Assembly: GCF_006345805.1 (NCBI RefSeq)
Contig: NC_042998.1
Location: forward strand, 116,498,001-116,562,000
Reading direction: 5' to 3'
DNA from: Octopus sinensis
Taxonomy: Eukaryota
Length of the DNA: 64,000 bases
Below, one piece after another: positions 14,614 through 27,945 of the stretch (positions are counted from its first letter, which is position 1; every line of letters begins with the position of its first letter). The notes under the pieces are model-generated. The model worked only from the letters and a program-made list of their open reading frames with translations. It was not told the origin of the DNA and did not search any database. A program made the translations under genes and the position numbers.

Positions 14614-15059
14614 CGTATATATACACACACATTCACACACATATATATACATATGTGCGGGTGTGCGCATGTGTGTGTACTTGTTGTCAGCGGAATACAT
14701 GAATACTTAAAAACATGTGCCAAAATATTTATACCACAACTGTCCGTTTTCTTTTCTCTGAATAAGCAACAAATTCTCATTTTTCATTGTGAACTGTCTG
14801 ATTGAAATGTGTATATGTTTCTCTAATCTTTCCATCCACTTGGCAATTTGCCGTGCAAAAATGCAACGTTAATAAATACTAAATAGTTGATCTGATAACT
14901 AACTTTTGTCTCGTTGGAACACATTTGAATACCTCCCAAATTTAACAAACAAGGAATAACAATGGGTGATCAACAATATTTATATATAGTTCGTTTTCTT
15001 TGCGGAACTTTCATAAAAGTCGTTACATATGTAAGCTGTCTTAGCCAAAGTAAACTCAC

Positions 15060-15107
15060 GTGGGATTATGTTTAGACCATTTCCTACTTTAGTGAACGAA
15101 ATGTAGC
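15060..15107 (-). CDS. Candidate 48-nt phase 1-1 exon (GYISFTKVGNGLNIIP)
   Basis: Acceptor ttctgtacatag|, strong donor CAC|gtgagt; only the phase-1 frame is open. Confidence 0.3.
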
Positions 15108-15855
15108 CTATGTACAGAATTGAGACCTCATTGACGTTAATGAAAAATTCTGTTTTATTCATATATACGCCATTGTTTATCTTCCTCTGGCGATTATGCT
15201 TTGCTCAATAATTTCTAATCTCAAATTTTTCCAAGCGTGTTCTTGTTTCATCTTAGTGTTTTAGTTGATGCCGCATTTTTTCATTTCCTGTACCGAATTT
15301 AGAGAACGGAGTGTAGTCATTCGGAAACAAAAGTATAAAAGCACTAACGAGTATGCTCAAAGACTAAATTAATATGTCCCTTAGTAAATGTGTGCGCGTG
15401 ATAGTTTGCTTTGGACAGCCTACGGGACGTTGATGCGTGAGCGTAGTAACTTGTTGTCAAATGTGTACTACGGAAGTTCGTATCAACTCACTATTTATCA
15501 GTCAGCTCGATAGAGGTTTGTCTGTAGCTATTCATATAAAACTTGATTATTTACTAGTCACGGTGTCTCTCATCAAGATTTATGACGGAAACATCGGGAC
15601 TGCGACTAACATCATTGTTATTCGTCCTGCCATTGTTTTTCTTGTTTTTTATTAATAAGATGTTCTTCCCCCAGTCTACCTGGATATCGGAGGCGTGGCC
15701 ATCTGGTATTTTTGAGGGCTAACATATCAGTAACATATGTTGAGCATTTAACACCAGTTAATGCCGAATAATGAAAAAGAAGAAAGAAAAAAAAAACGAT
15801 TTAACTAGACAACATAAGTAAATAGCTGTTCAGTTTATTTTTAGATAATGTTCTT

Positions 15856-16279
15856 TCAGTTTCTTATTTCTTTACTGCCCGCATGGGGCTACACACAGAG
15901 GGGACAAACAAGGAAAGACAACGGATTAAATCGATTTTTTCGATCCCAGTGCATAACTGGTCCTTATTTAATCGACCCCGGAAGGATGAAAGGCAGAGTC
16001 GATCCCGGCGGAATTTCAACTCAGAACGTAAGGGCAGACGAAAACCTATTTCTTTACTACCCACAAGGGGCTAAACACAGAGAGAACAAACAAGGACAGG
16101 CAAACGGATTAAGTCGATTTTATCGACCCCAGTGCGTAACTGGTACTTATTCAATCGACCCCGAAATGATGAAAGGGAAAGTCGACCTCGGCGGAATTTG
16201 AACTCAGAACGTAGCGGTACGCGAAATACCGCTAAGCATTTCTCTCGGCGTGCTAACGATTCTACCAGCACGCTGCCTT
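15856..16279 (-). mobile_element. Head-to-tail dimer of the tRNA-derived SINE
   Basis: Same family and same internal junction (gacgaaaac|ctatttcttt) as 12830-13388. Confidence 0.9.
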
Positions 16280-16294
16280 TCAGTTTCTGCTTTC

Positions 16295-16430
16295 GAAAAT
16301 CCACTCAAGATGTTTCGCTAACCTAGGGCTATAGATGAAAACCCTGACCCAAAGTGCCATATAGTGCGCTGGACCAGGAACGAAGAAGTGGGAAAGCAAA
16401 CTCTTTCCCACATAGCGACGTGAACCTCTC
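16295..16430 (-). mobile_element. Decayed tRNA-derived CORE-like SINE head
   Basis: Diverged reverse complement of the family at 63775-63880. Confidence 0.45.
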
Positions 16431-16489
16431 TCGCTCTCTCTCTCATTCATACATTCATACACATAATGTACATGTGTGTGTGTATACTG

Positions 16490-16690
<201 letters not shown>

Positions 16691-17314
16691 CGTATCCATC
16701 TGTGTATGTATGTGTTTGTGTGAATGTGTATATATATATGTACAGAAACGTACACGTGTGCGTGTGTATTTGTGTATGTGTAAGTCTTTAGTTATATATG
16801 TATGTTGATGTATATATGCATAAAACAAACACACCCATATATACACGTATCTGTGTGTGTGTGTATGTGTGCGTGCATCTGTGTATGCGCGCACCTGTGC
16901 GTATGTGTGCATGATTATATACATACATCTCTACAGTAAAATTTAATTACTATTTATCTATATCTGGATATACCAATCTATATACTTAATTTTATTCTGT
17001 TAATGGGAGAATCACTTGACTTCAGCCACGAAGTACGTGTTGGCTTTCTCATTGGTAATATTTATTTCGAACTATATGAACAAACGTCATACTTTTCCAA
17101 AATAAACTGCACTTCATATGGGATGCTCTGATAAAGCTGTGTTACTCAAGCACTCATCTATGAGTCCACTGCATCTGGTAGCAGAAACAGCTGTGAGTTA
17201 ATGACGTTCATAAGACAATAGTTTATTTTTTTATTGACTTATTATTCAGTCTGTCGTAACTTATTAAACATTACATGAAAATTTGTTGAATTTTTTTTTT
17301 ATTGATAATCCAGT

Positions 17315-17650
17315 GTTTATCACCTAGGTCAGGTCCGGCATAAAGGCATGCGATATTGCATCGCGTCGCTACATCACCTTTTGTCGATATTTGCTTTGAT
17401 TTTCCAAAGAAACAGTCCCAGTCAGTCTCCCTCTCTGTAAGATACTTTCTTATCCGTGATGATGTGACATGTGGCTGAGAAATACAAGCCGTAACCACTG
17501 CCGGATCATCAGAGCAGAGAACACGATACGCAGGATCCAACTCATAAAAATTGTGTAGTCTGAGGTGACTCATCCGGTACCATACAAGTAACAGGACGCA
17601 TCCCAATTTCTGATTATAGTCGTTTGGTGGATGCAAAATTCGAGCAATGG
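17315..17650 (-). mobile_element. RTE-clade LINE 3' end, decayed
   Basis: ORF 17271..17636 includes ELDPAYRVLCSDDPA...RKYLTE...KGDVATRC, matching the RTE C-terminus (DPAYRIL..RDP...VDAATRC). Confidence 0.75.
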
Positions 17651-19348
17651 TAAACCATTATTTGAATGTCTAAGTTTTCTTAATGTGGTTTTTGAGGAAA
17701 GCAAGTACACACTCCAAAACATTATAGTAATAAGACATATCTCCTACATATTGTACACAAAATACACAATTAGATAGACAGACAGAAAGATAGATAGATG
17801 GATAGATAGATAGAATTCGGTAAATTGGGTGAATCATTAGAATTTTGTTAAAAATATCGTGTAATGTCACTTCAAGCTGAATTAAAATGTCGGTGAGTTC
17901 AACGTTGCCTTCAGCATTTCCGTGTCAATGAATAAACCTATAGTCCCGGGTGGTATATTGGCAGAACTTTTAGAGTTAGACCGGATACCATACATCGATT
18001 GATCCGTCCTTCAGCATCCGTAGTCTAAAGTCCCGTACTCGCCGACGAACACCATTACCTTTACATCCAGATCTCTTTTTGTTAACGAATACAAGTTGAT
18101 ATAAGTATACTGAGGCATTATTTAGCAGTAGTAGTGTTTTAAAAAATAACTTAGGCATTGGTTTACAGCATTTTTCTTTTATTATCTTTATTATAAATGT
18201 AGTTAGTAAAGAATAATAATTGTTAGGTGTCCTAGAGGGTTCGTAAGTTTTTGCTCAACTGACACTTCATAAATCGGTTATTTTTAAAAGTAAGACCTAG
18301 TATATTCTGTTGGCAGTGTCTCAATAAGTGTGAACAATGAACTCCTTTAAACTGTATCGAAGAGGAGCAACTGTTTGAAGAGTTATACTGCATTACTAAA
18401 ACTGTAGAAGCGTCATTTTTTAGGATGCAGGTTTTCCTGCATTATAAGAGAGCGCTAGAGGAAATCATCAGATATTATGTAACCTAATTTTGCGGAGAGG
18501 GTTACATACTAATTTGTTTTATTCATACGCGCAATATTTTCGAATGTGTGCTGTTTTAAGAGACACGACTGTTATACACCCAGAAGATAGGCCCTAAGTG
18601 GTCTCTGAAAATACGGAGGAGGTTTTATTAGATCTATGTAAGTTGCTTTTAGCTTATGTCTCTCTATGTCTGTATGGATAATAATAAAGACGGAAAACTC
18701 ATTCTGTTTACAATATATATTTACGTTGTTAGTGTGTGGGACGACGGTATAATACTTTATATTTATATCTGTAAAGACAAGCTGAACGAAAACCGCGTAT
18801 GAAAAACAACAGAAATATCACGTCCTGGCAAAAATATTGTGCAAGTAAGGTAATTTAATAAACTCATCCAGGTAAATTGTATTAGGTTTGCATTAAAATA
18901 GTTAGAAATATATCTATAGCATTGTTTTGATATAACGTTAGTAAGAAAGTTATGCGGTAAAACAGTTAATATTATATTTGAGCGAGTAATTATTTTTTGG
19001 CATCGTGAGTTATGAAGACACATTTCCCATAATATATCGCTCGTGCTCGAATTAATGTCAGAATCTCTCAGGAAAACTAAGTGAGGTTTAAATAAATATA
19101 AAGAGAATTCCGGAGAAGTTTCTAGCTTTAAATATCTCATTTCGTTTCACTTTATTGTTTATTTCGTTATATGAAACTTAAAGTCCATTTTTTTTTGTAT
19201 TTTTACGTTCGGTAGGTGTCGTAATTATATATTTATTGGTCATTGATATATATTGATTTGACAGGTAGTGGAAATTAAGGATATACACGAGAGACTCTAT
19301 TCTCTTACATTACATGGCATGCCATCACACATATGCTCCACATACACA

Positions 19349-19386
<38 letters not shown>

Positions 19387-19633
19387 CACATACACACACA
19401 GAAATATCTAAGTAGATCAGCACATACACACACACGCCCGCGCGCACGCATATACACACACACACTTCATTCTGTGTGAATAGTGAATATGCATAGCTAT
19501 GTATTTGTATATGTGTGCATTATGTATACATTAGACGAAGAAGAAGAAAATATAAGACCGTATGGCAACTTAATTCATGTACGGCGTAGTTCACATGGCA
19601 ACATAATTTAGTTATGTCAGTTTCGAAACCCGA

Positions 19634-19850
19634 TTACTCGTATACATTACTAACATGGGTTTCAGGTAGTAGACATGTAATACCAGATTTTTCTGATACA
19701 GAACAGCGTTCGTGTTGGAAGATACTGTCAGCCGAAATATTTTCAAGAATCTGAGGCTTATCTTGTTTTTCTTCAAATACGTTTGTCCAGGTACGATTTG
19801 AATTTAGAGGATCGCTTATTTCCCTTTTTGTAGGGAGGGGAATAAATGAA
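19634..19850 (-). CDS. Candidate terminal coding exon (SFIPLPTKREISDPLNSNRTWTNVFEEKQDKPQILENISADSIFQHERCSVSEKSGITCLLPETHVSNVYE*)
   Basis: Acceptor cacctactttag| at 19851; 71 open codons to TAA; phase-2 start matches the exon at 20665-20720. Confidence 0.35.
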
Positions 19851-20159
19851 CTAAAGTAGGTGCATTTTAAGTAAAGTTTATTCCTGCCACTATGTTGTCC
19901 CTGATTTTTGGAAGGAAAATATGGCAGATGTTTCGCGGCCAAAGTTGGTCTGTGAATTTGACAGTAGTTTTGTATGTAAAGGTAGATGAAATATTTCGCA
20001 CTTGTCTAAATAGTGAGGTACTGAGGTCTGAGATGAATATAAAAATTTGAGGTTTTGGAGGAAATCCCAGGAATCAAGGTTTATCACGCCATATATTTTC
20101 ATTTATTATTGTAATTGTCCTCAGGTGTACCTCAGTTTTAATATTTTGCTCGGTATTGA

Positions 20160-20520
20160 AAGCCAAGTCAGGTGTGCGGTCATGCGCCGTTACAGTGTTT
20201 TGCTGCAGTCAACATTTTTTGCACCTTCATGGATCCTCCCGGGTCCTCCCGGGCAACCCGTCCAGCAGAATTCCCATAAGTCTCCATCTCTGCAAGACAC
20301 TTCTTCAACTGCCGTGACCATGTAGCATGTAGTCGTCATGTAACATAGGCCGTCAATCCAACAGTATACTCAGTGAACAGAACATGGCAAACGGTGTCTA
20401 AATCTGTAAATTGCGCAACATAGCCAAACAGTCTGAGCTGGCGCTCCCGAATCATACATGCAGCAAGACGCATCCCAGTTTCTGAGTACAATTGTTGGTT
20501 GGCTACGAAACGTATGCAAA
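20160..20520 (-). mobile_element. RTE-clade LINE 3' end
   Basis: Minus translation FVANQQLYSETGMRLAACMIRERQLRLFGYVAQF...VAREDP, the RTE C-terminal signature (RERQLRL.GHVAR). Confidence 0.85.
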
Positions 20521-20664
20521 TTTGTGAAAGGTGTTCTTTGCTACTTGAAAAAATACTTGATTTTTGATTTAAGAGCTTATTTAGGAATTATTCCCAATCA
20601 TCTCGAAATCTCGGATACATGATTTATAATTCAGGTTCATTACATCTCATGGCAGTTCACTCAC

Positions 20665-20720
20665 TGTGTACCACTTATTTCTGTTTTTGAATATTGGGAT
20701 GACATTTCGAAAGAAACTAC
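20665..20720 (-). CDS. Candidate 56-nt exon (VVSFEMSSQYSKTEISGT)
   Basis: Acceptor atatatttag|G, donor CA|gtgagt; two frames open. Confidence 0.35.
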
Positions 20721-21544
20721 CTAAATATATATTTTATGTCCATCGATTTCTACCTGAAATCTGATGAACTGAATGCACGTTGATGAATCGCTCTGTAACA
20801 TTTATCCCTGAACATTTTGGTCGATATTCTAACAATTCAATTGTTTGCCCAATTAATAAAAAATATCCCAAACGATGTTTGGTTATGTCGACACAAAACT
20901 AGAGATTTAGAGTGATTTAACATGGAGTTTAACAAATGCATTATTTCAGTGGTTTTAATTTTATCGACCGCAGCAGGATAAAGCGCAAAATCGACTTCCA
21001 GTGATTCAGGCAATCGACTGCCTTATGACCATAGTAATGTTTTAATTTATATACAAGGTCAACCATCTTAAGGTTGCATTCTCGTAACACCGGTTGAAGG
21101 AAAATCAACGTTGCATTAGGTAGCTTGAACTCATAAAATATAGAGCTGCAAAAAGGACAGTATGAACTTTTTGGCCGTTCTAAAGAATCTGCTAATCTCT
21201 ATCCTTAGTAAGTTTCACTGACGTAAGCGTAATTATTAAACTACTGGACGGAAAGAAATTTTCCATTATAAAACTCGCAGCATTTGACCAGTACAATATT
21301 TTATCGGATGTGAAAGAAATGAAAAGTAGAAAACTGGAATTTGAACGTAAGGATTTCAAGTAAATGCTCCAGAACTATTTGTTTCCATTGCACCCATCAC
21401 AGTGATAGATGGTTGTAGCTTCGCCAGAAGAACTGTAATTTGCTTCGGGAGGAATAGTAGATTAAATCAGCTTAAATAATTGATTTTAATAAAGGAACAA
21501 GTGCCTTAGTATGAAGCACATGTGGTAGGCGATATCTTCAATGT

Positions 21545-21880
21545 AGAAGTGTATAGCTTAGTGGTTAGAGCGTCGAGCTTACAAGCGTGAGGATGTGAGT
21601 TTCATTCCTGGACCGGGCTATGTACTGTTTTCTTGAGCAAGATACTTTATTTCATGTTTCTCTTGTTCACTCAAGTCTAAAAATGAGTTGCGACGTCACT
21701 GGTGCCAAGCTATATCGGTATTTGCCTTTCCCTTGGACTACATCAGTGGCCTTAAGAGAAGGCACCGATATGCATGGGCTACCTCTTGCCTTGAAACAAA
21801 TAACCTACCTGGACTTGTGTCTCGGAAGGGAACTTTCTAGGTGCGAATCCTGTGGTCATACATGAGCAAAGGTGAGCTTT
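21545..21880 (+). mobile_element. tRNA-derived SINE (CORE/V-like body, RTE-like tail)
   Basis: A box TAGCTTAGTGG at 21554, B-box-like gagtttcattcc, body ttcttgagcaagatacttt...aaatgagttgcg. Confidence 0.8.
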
Positions 21881-22171
21881 ATTTTATCAGATTCAATGGT
21901 ACTTATTTTATCAATTGGAACTTGTTATCGCTGCCGAAAGGATTGAAGATGACATTTAACCTGGTGGAAGTAGAATTACAATGTAAAGAGCTGTCGAACA
22001 AAGTGTACAGACTGTTAGCTCGACGCTTCAGACAAACTTCAATAATTGTTTTAGATTTTCGCACTGGAGGAATAAAAGTTAAAATTGATTCTTGCTGAAT
22101 TAGAACTCGATAGCTAATCAAATAGAGGGAAGTGCTTTTTTTTCAACATTCCAAAGATTCTGCCATCTCAC

Positions 22172-22186
22172 CGTATTTAATATTTT
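22172..22186 (-). CDS. Candidate 15-nt microexon (KILNT or ENIKYG)
   Basis: Strong acceptor (T-run then gtcttaatcag|) and donor ACG|gtgaga; frame preserving. Confidence 0.3.
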
Positions 22187-22439
22187 CTGATTAAGACAAA
22201 AAAAATGTAACTTTTTAAGTAGAGTGGATTGATCGATAATATCGATCAAAAACTTGTCCGGCACATCATATTATTGATCACAGGAAGAAATCAAATTTGG
22301 CCACAGACCTATTAGAATACACAACGTAAATAGAAGAAACGAATACCTCGAGAAAATTTTCCGGCGGTATAATGTATCTCCTAATTTCTGCCGTGTGTCA
22401 ACTTCAATAATGGTTTCAAATTTTCTCAAACACCCAACA

Positions 22440-22990
22440 ATTTTATGGTGAATAGGGCAATGCATTACATCAATCCCGGTGTTTGGGTGGCAGTTTATTT
22501 TATCATATTTTATCGAAAATATGAAAATCAAAAGTAAATTGAGAAAGTAAACAGCCAGAAGTGCCGCTAAGCTAAAGGTTCAGCCAGCTCGCTGCCCAGG
22601 TCAGTTGCAATCGATATTTCTACATAAGGCACAAGACCTGATACTTTGTAGTGTGGGTTTAGAGTCGCTTAGCTCGAACCCTGTTCTCAGCTGTTACTTA
22701 TTTTATCGAATCCAAAAATGTGAAAGGCAAAACCAACCTTGGCAGAAATTGAACTCAGATTGTAAACACGGAAGAAATGCTGCTAAGCATTTTGCGCAGC
22801 GGGATTACTATTCTACCATTTCGCTACTTTGGGCCAACATTAATAATGTTTTCGAATTTTACTCCGCGAGGTAGCAATTGGAAGCTAATGGGGGAGTCGA
22901 TTACATCGGCACCAGTGTACAAGTGAACATTTTTATCGATTTCTGAAAGGGCGAAAGGCATAGTCGTCTTCGTCTTTACTCAGAGCGTAA
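22440..22990 (-). mobile_element. Cluster of decayed tRNA-derived SINE copies
   Basis: ggcagcgagctggctgaacc head on minus at about 22590; further diverged units at 22690-22830 and 22890-22990. Confidence 0.65.
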
Positions 22991-24229
22991 TGGTCAACCT
23001 TAATAAAATACGTGCTTTTAAAAGTATCATTAAAGACTATGTTTAAAAGAAATATTTTTGCGGATGTCAGTTGAATGCAGATGAATTTATAAAACAGTTT
23101 TCTTATATTTATTTGAAGTCAATATTTCAATGTACTTTGCATTACTGCACTAAAAATTACTAAATAAAATTTTCTCCGTATTTAACTGTATGAGAAATTA
23201 TTTCCACTGCATGTTGGCTTTCGTAGAATTGATTTTATTTTGTTATAACTAATAGCTTGCATGCATATGCTTTTGAATATAACTGTTCGATATTCTACAT
23301 CAAATAAACTTACTAGAAATACAAACTTTTGAAAAACTAAATGCGATTTTGTGTTTGGCTTAGTAATCATATTATGACTAGGAGGATTTCTTCCAAATAT
23401 AAAGTTAAATATTGAAAATCAATTCATCGTGATGTTTTCTTCTTTACGAGCTTCTGTTCTCGAATTCTGCTTGGTCTAACATTATTGAACTCTAAACATT
23501 TTACTGCACATTTCTTTGCACTCCTTATATTAAATATCTGACACTCCCCATTTGCTATTATTAGTATACACCATCTGACAAAATCGTTGATAGTTTTTCT
23601 TTTTGTCCATCTCTTTCTCGTATTCTAGACATATGTCATGTTGATTTAGGAAAGTGTTCATTTTCTAAAATGCAAAGCACAACTAGAACAGAAACAATAT
23701 CAGCCTCTCCGTATTAAAATAATGGAAATGGGGCCTTCATCAAAACAAATGAGCATGTCATTTTTCATGGTGGAAACGTGTTGTAGCGAAAACAAAAATG
23801 CAAATTGGAAATGTAAAATCTTAAACGAAATTCAAGTTGCAAGTGAATATCTTGTATATAAGACATGACTAAGCATTATAGGCCTATAGCTAAAAAGGTG
23901 TCGATGATAACATGTTTCCTTTTTCTCTTTCTTGAGGAACAGTTTGGGTATTTCATGCTAATACTAGACTGCTAAGCACAAGTTGCGAACTAGTGTTTTT
24001 ATTTCATATATAAAATAACAATTAGAAAAGGCAATAGACAGCTAGCATAAGTAACAAAAATAAATTTCGACATCTTAGCATAAGTAATAACTTAGATATA
24101 TTAGGGTACGCGCAAATATTCACTCACGCAACAAACCTGCACAAGCATGGAAGCACTTAATTGCTTACTACTGATATATTGGATACAGAGCTAATAATCC
24201 GAGCGGTGAAACAATAATATAAAAAAAGA

Positions 24230-24965
24230 AATTGAGGGAAAAGAGCCTTAGCAGAAACGAATGATAAAACAATCAATGAACGAGCAACGAAAATATATCA
24301 AAACCTTCGAAAGAAAGAAATAAGGTGAAATCATCAAGGAGAAATATCAAGGTCTCGAAAGTAGTTATAGGATAAAAATCACGAGATTTTACGAGGCTAA
24401 ATGTAGTCTTTCAAAAGCTGAAACTAAGACTGCTACAAAAATGAAATAATATTACCAAAGAATTCGATAATATAAAATCAAGATTTTGTTCCAATATCTG
24501 GGATAATAGAAGAAAGCACAACAAAGACGCTGCATAGTTGACGGAATTAAGATCGGAGAAATATGCAGTGAAACAGGTTTAATATAACAATAGCAGCTAA
24601 AATGGTGATCGAGCAGACAACCGGGATCATGAGCTGGAAATGCCCAAACTCGGATGGGGTACAATGGTATTGGTGCAAAAAATTTCCTGGCACAACGCAA
24701 AAGAATAACTGCGCAAATGGATAAAGTGATCGACAACGGAGCGGACATCGCAAAGTGGCTGACCATAAGTAAAACGGTTCTTTGACAAACGCATCAAGTA
24801 ATGTTAATGTAGTGGCTCATTACCGGCTTATCTCCTGTCTGCCTCTGGTGATGTGAAAGTTGATAACTGGAGTAACATCTAGTTGTGTGTATAACTTCCT
24901 GAAAATGAATGACAAACAGCCAGTGGAAGAGAAGGGATGCAGAAGGAAAATCCGAGAGACAAAAC
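24230..24965 (+). mobile_element. R4/Dong-like LINE, decayed RT N-terminal domains
   Basis: SWKCPNSDGVQWYWCKKF; AKWLTISKTVL; HYRLISCLPLVM*KLITG; EEKGCRRKIRETK (RT subdomains 0-2). Confidence 0.8.
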
Positions 24966-25139
24966 TGAGTGCGGTCAAACATAAGACAAATATTAAATGG
25001 GACGAGTGCCACTGGAAAATTCCTCCCTTGATATTAACTTACCCTAAGACCGTGTCACCTGAGTAGAGAACTACTTTCTGTTTCTTCATGATAAAGCTAA
25101 TTAATTCTCTTATTTTGTCTGTCATACTGAATATACTCA

Positions 25140-25640
25140 GACTCACTGATCCTTGAGTGTGGGATCATGTCATAGACTTTCCTATAATCTATCTAAACTA
25201 TGCTGGATTTTTCTTTTCAGCTTTTACTTCTTTTAGAACTGATTTGTCTATGTATAATAGTTCATGCGTTCTTCTACCCTTCTTCCTGCAACCTTTTTGT
25301 TTTTCTAACATTAAATTCTCGTTTATAGCTTCCTCTTAACAGCTTCCACATTAATGACAAGCAAGTGATTGGTGTATAATTGCTAGCTGTATTACCGTTG
25401 CTCGTATCTTTTATTATGAGTATTGTCCTACTTTTAGTCATCCAAGCTGGTACTATTTCTCCATTAGTGCAATTCTGAAGTTGTTTCCTCAGTTTCCCAT
25501 TTAAACTACTGAATTTCTTTAGCCAGTACTCTTCAAATAAATTTGATCCTGGGCCCTTCCAATTCGGCATTTTCTCTCACACTTTACTCATTAATGCATT
25601 AGTTGATATTTAGATCTGGGTGTTTTTCACTCACTATTTC
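25140..25640 (-). mobile_element. R4/Dong-like LINE RT fragment
   Basis: ORF 25274..25570 PNWKGPG...YWLKKF...VPAWMTKSRTILI.K...NYTPITCLSLMWKLL, continuing to IDYRKVYDMIPH. Confidence 0.9.
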
Positions 25641-25669
25641 TTACCCAACTTTCTTTAACCATACTTCAT

Positions 25670-25794
<125 letters not shown>

Positions 25795-25795
<1 letters not shown>

Positions 25796-27120
25796 AAACG
25801 TCGCATAATATGCAATGTCGTGAGCTTGTTGCTAGAAGATATTGTGTCTAACGATGGTTTGTAGTGTTTGTCGAGTCTCAAGAAGTACCTCAGGCAGACA
25901 GCATTTGATGCAATATACGTGCAGTTCCAAGCAATGCCGATGTTTGCAATACATCTTGATTGTAGAGTATTACTAAGAATTTCAGATGTTTTTTTTTTCA
26001 GATTGGGTAGTAATGAACCCAATGCACCGATGACGATAGAGGTAACCTTTATGTTCGACTCTGGTAGCTGCCACATGCTAGTGATCTCAATTCTCAGGTT
26101 TCCATATTTATCAAATTTTTCTCTTTTCTTCATGATGATATGTTGATCTGCTGGCACTGCTTCGTCGATTATTACGCAGTCTTGTTTATCCCGCCTAAAT
26201 GTTTCTATAACCGGCCTTCGCTGCTCTAACGCTTTGTCTGTCTGTAAATCAAAATCCCAGGAGATTTCTTCCTTCCTCTTTTCTTCCATTAGGTTTTCCA
26301 AGCACTCGTAACCTTATAACGATATTTTTAGCATATTAGTCAGTAGAGGTTTTGGGCTATTATTGTATTTATTATAATTATTATTGTTGTTGCTTTTATT
26401 ATTATTATTGTTATTATTATTATCTGTTGTTGTTGTTATTGCTGTGTTCGTATTCTGCTGAGATTTCTCTGCTTCACGTTATTTGGGCGACGATAAAATA
26501 ACTAGGTCTTAAATGAACATGCTTGCCCCTCACTTAAATTTGTAAGCCTTCTGCTAACTTTGAAGCTATTATTGGTATTATCTGCATGCATTTTTGTGCC
26601 TACACAAACGAATCTGCAATTTCACTCCTGTTGCACAAGTGTACTGCACTCACTGAAAATGCGATTGATACTCTCGTCTCCTTACCTTCAACTACTACAT
26701 TTGGTGTCTGAGATTTGCTGATGTATGAGCTTATCAGTTTTCTTCAAGGTGCATCTTCCGGAGAAGCCAAAATTAGTGTTTCTGTTTCTCATTTAAATTT
26801 CCCACTCATGAATCAAAAACAGGTATGTTCTCATCCAGCATTCTCGGTGTGTTGTACGTAATGGTCAGGCAGTTCTATTTCTTTCCATTTGTTTATTCTG
26901 CTGTTCTTCCTTCTCTTTGAATTATCCTACTCTTTCAGCCACTTTTCCGTAATTATGTGGTACAGAGTAAAGAAAGAATGCTTTCGGCAGTCAGAGCCAC
27001 AGAAAAAAGTTATTTCACATAAGTACAACATATTGGTCTGTTGGGAAACAAAGCTTCCTAACATCCGACTACAAAAGTAACCTTAGATGCCAAGAACCCT
27101 CCTAAGTATTCTAGCCGTCC
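25795..27120 (-). mobile_element. 5'-truncated R4/Dong-like LINE (post-RT, CCHC remnant, RLE endonuclease), split by an internal microsatellite
   Basis: ORF 25792..26301 ISWDFDLQTDKALEQRRP...IIDEAVP..KYGNLRIEI..IVIGALG; 26560-26850 gives SGKFK*ETETLILA and GDESINRIFSECS. (TAA)n in element sense on both flanks. Confidence 0.85.
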
Positions 27121-27134
27121 CTAGTAACGTATTC

Positions 27135-27153
27135 TAGTTATCATTATGGTTAC

Positions 27154-27218
<65 letters not shown>

Positions 27219-27420
27219 CATTATTAGTATTATTACTATTATTATTATTACTATTATTATTATTATTACTATTATTATTATTACTATTATTATTATTATT
27301 ATTATCATTATTATTATTATTATTATTATTAATATTATTATTATTATTATTATTATTACTGTTGCTGTTGTTGTTGTTGTTGTTATTATTATTATTATTA
27401 TTATTAATATTATTATTATC
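27135..27420. repeat. (TTA)n / (TTG)n microsatellite
   Basis: Directly visible. Confidence 0.97.
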
Positions 27421-27910
27421 TTTTCTTGGCATAAAGCTCATTCTTGTAAGGAGTGATAAAGCGATATTACTAAACATTGTATATTAATATTAATTTCCTT
27501 TTTCTTTTCCTTTTATTATTTTTTTATCGACCTTACAAAGATGAAAGCCACAATCACCCCTCTCACATGTGTTATTGAGTTTAAACAGAAACAAACAAAT
27601 ACATATGAAAAAAATGTAACTGGATTTGAGGAGGTTCTTTTGATAATAACAATAGCATCAGCAGCAACGGTAGCAATAAATAGGTATCGATTGGTGCAGA
27701 GATACAAAGAGAGGTATTTAGAGAGACAGATAGAAAGATTGGCTAAATAAGAGGGGAAAGAGAGAGAGAGTGACAGAGGAAAAGAGAGACTAGGAGAGAG
27801 ACAATATGAGGTGAATAGCTGTCATATAAAGGAAATTATATTCGATAGTGGGAGGTAGTCTGAAGTAAATATGCATGACACGAGTTGTTTATTGTCAGAG
27901 ATTTAAATCT

Positions 27911-27945
<35 letters not shown>

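Noticed and set aside
18763-19140. 125-aa minus ORF
   Set aside because: No recognisable motif, no convincing splice sites, composition like AT-rich noncoding DNA.
22271-22531. 86-aa minus ORF with an apparent donor
   Set aside because: Its 5' part is a decayed SINE and there is no valid acceptor.
26686-26741. Exon-like segment with strong AAG|gtaagg donor
   Set aside because: Falls within the decayed R4/Dong CCHC region; acceptor is weak.
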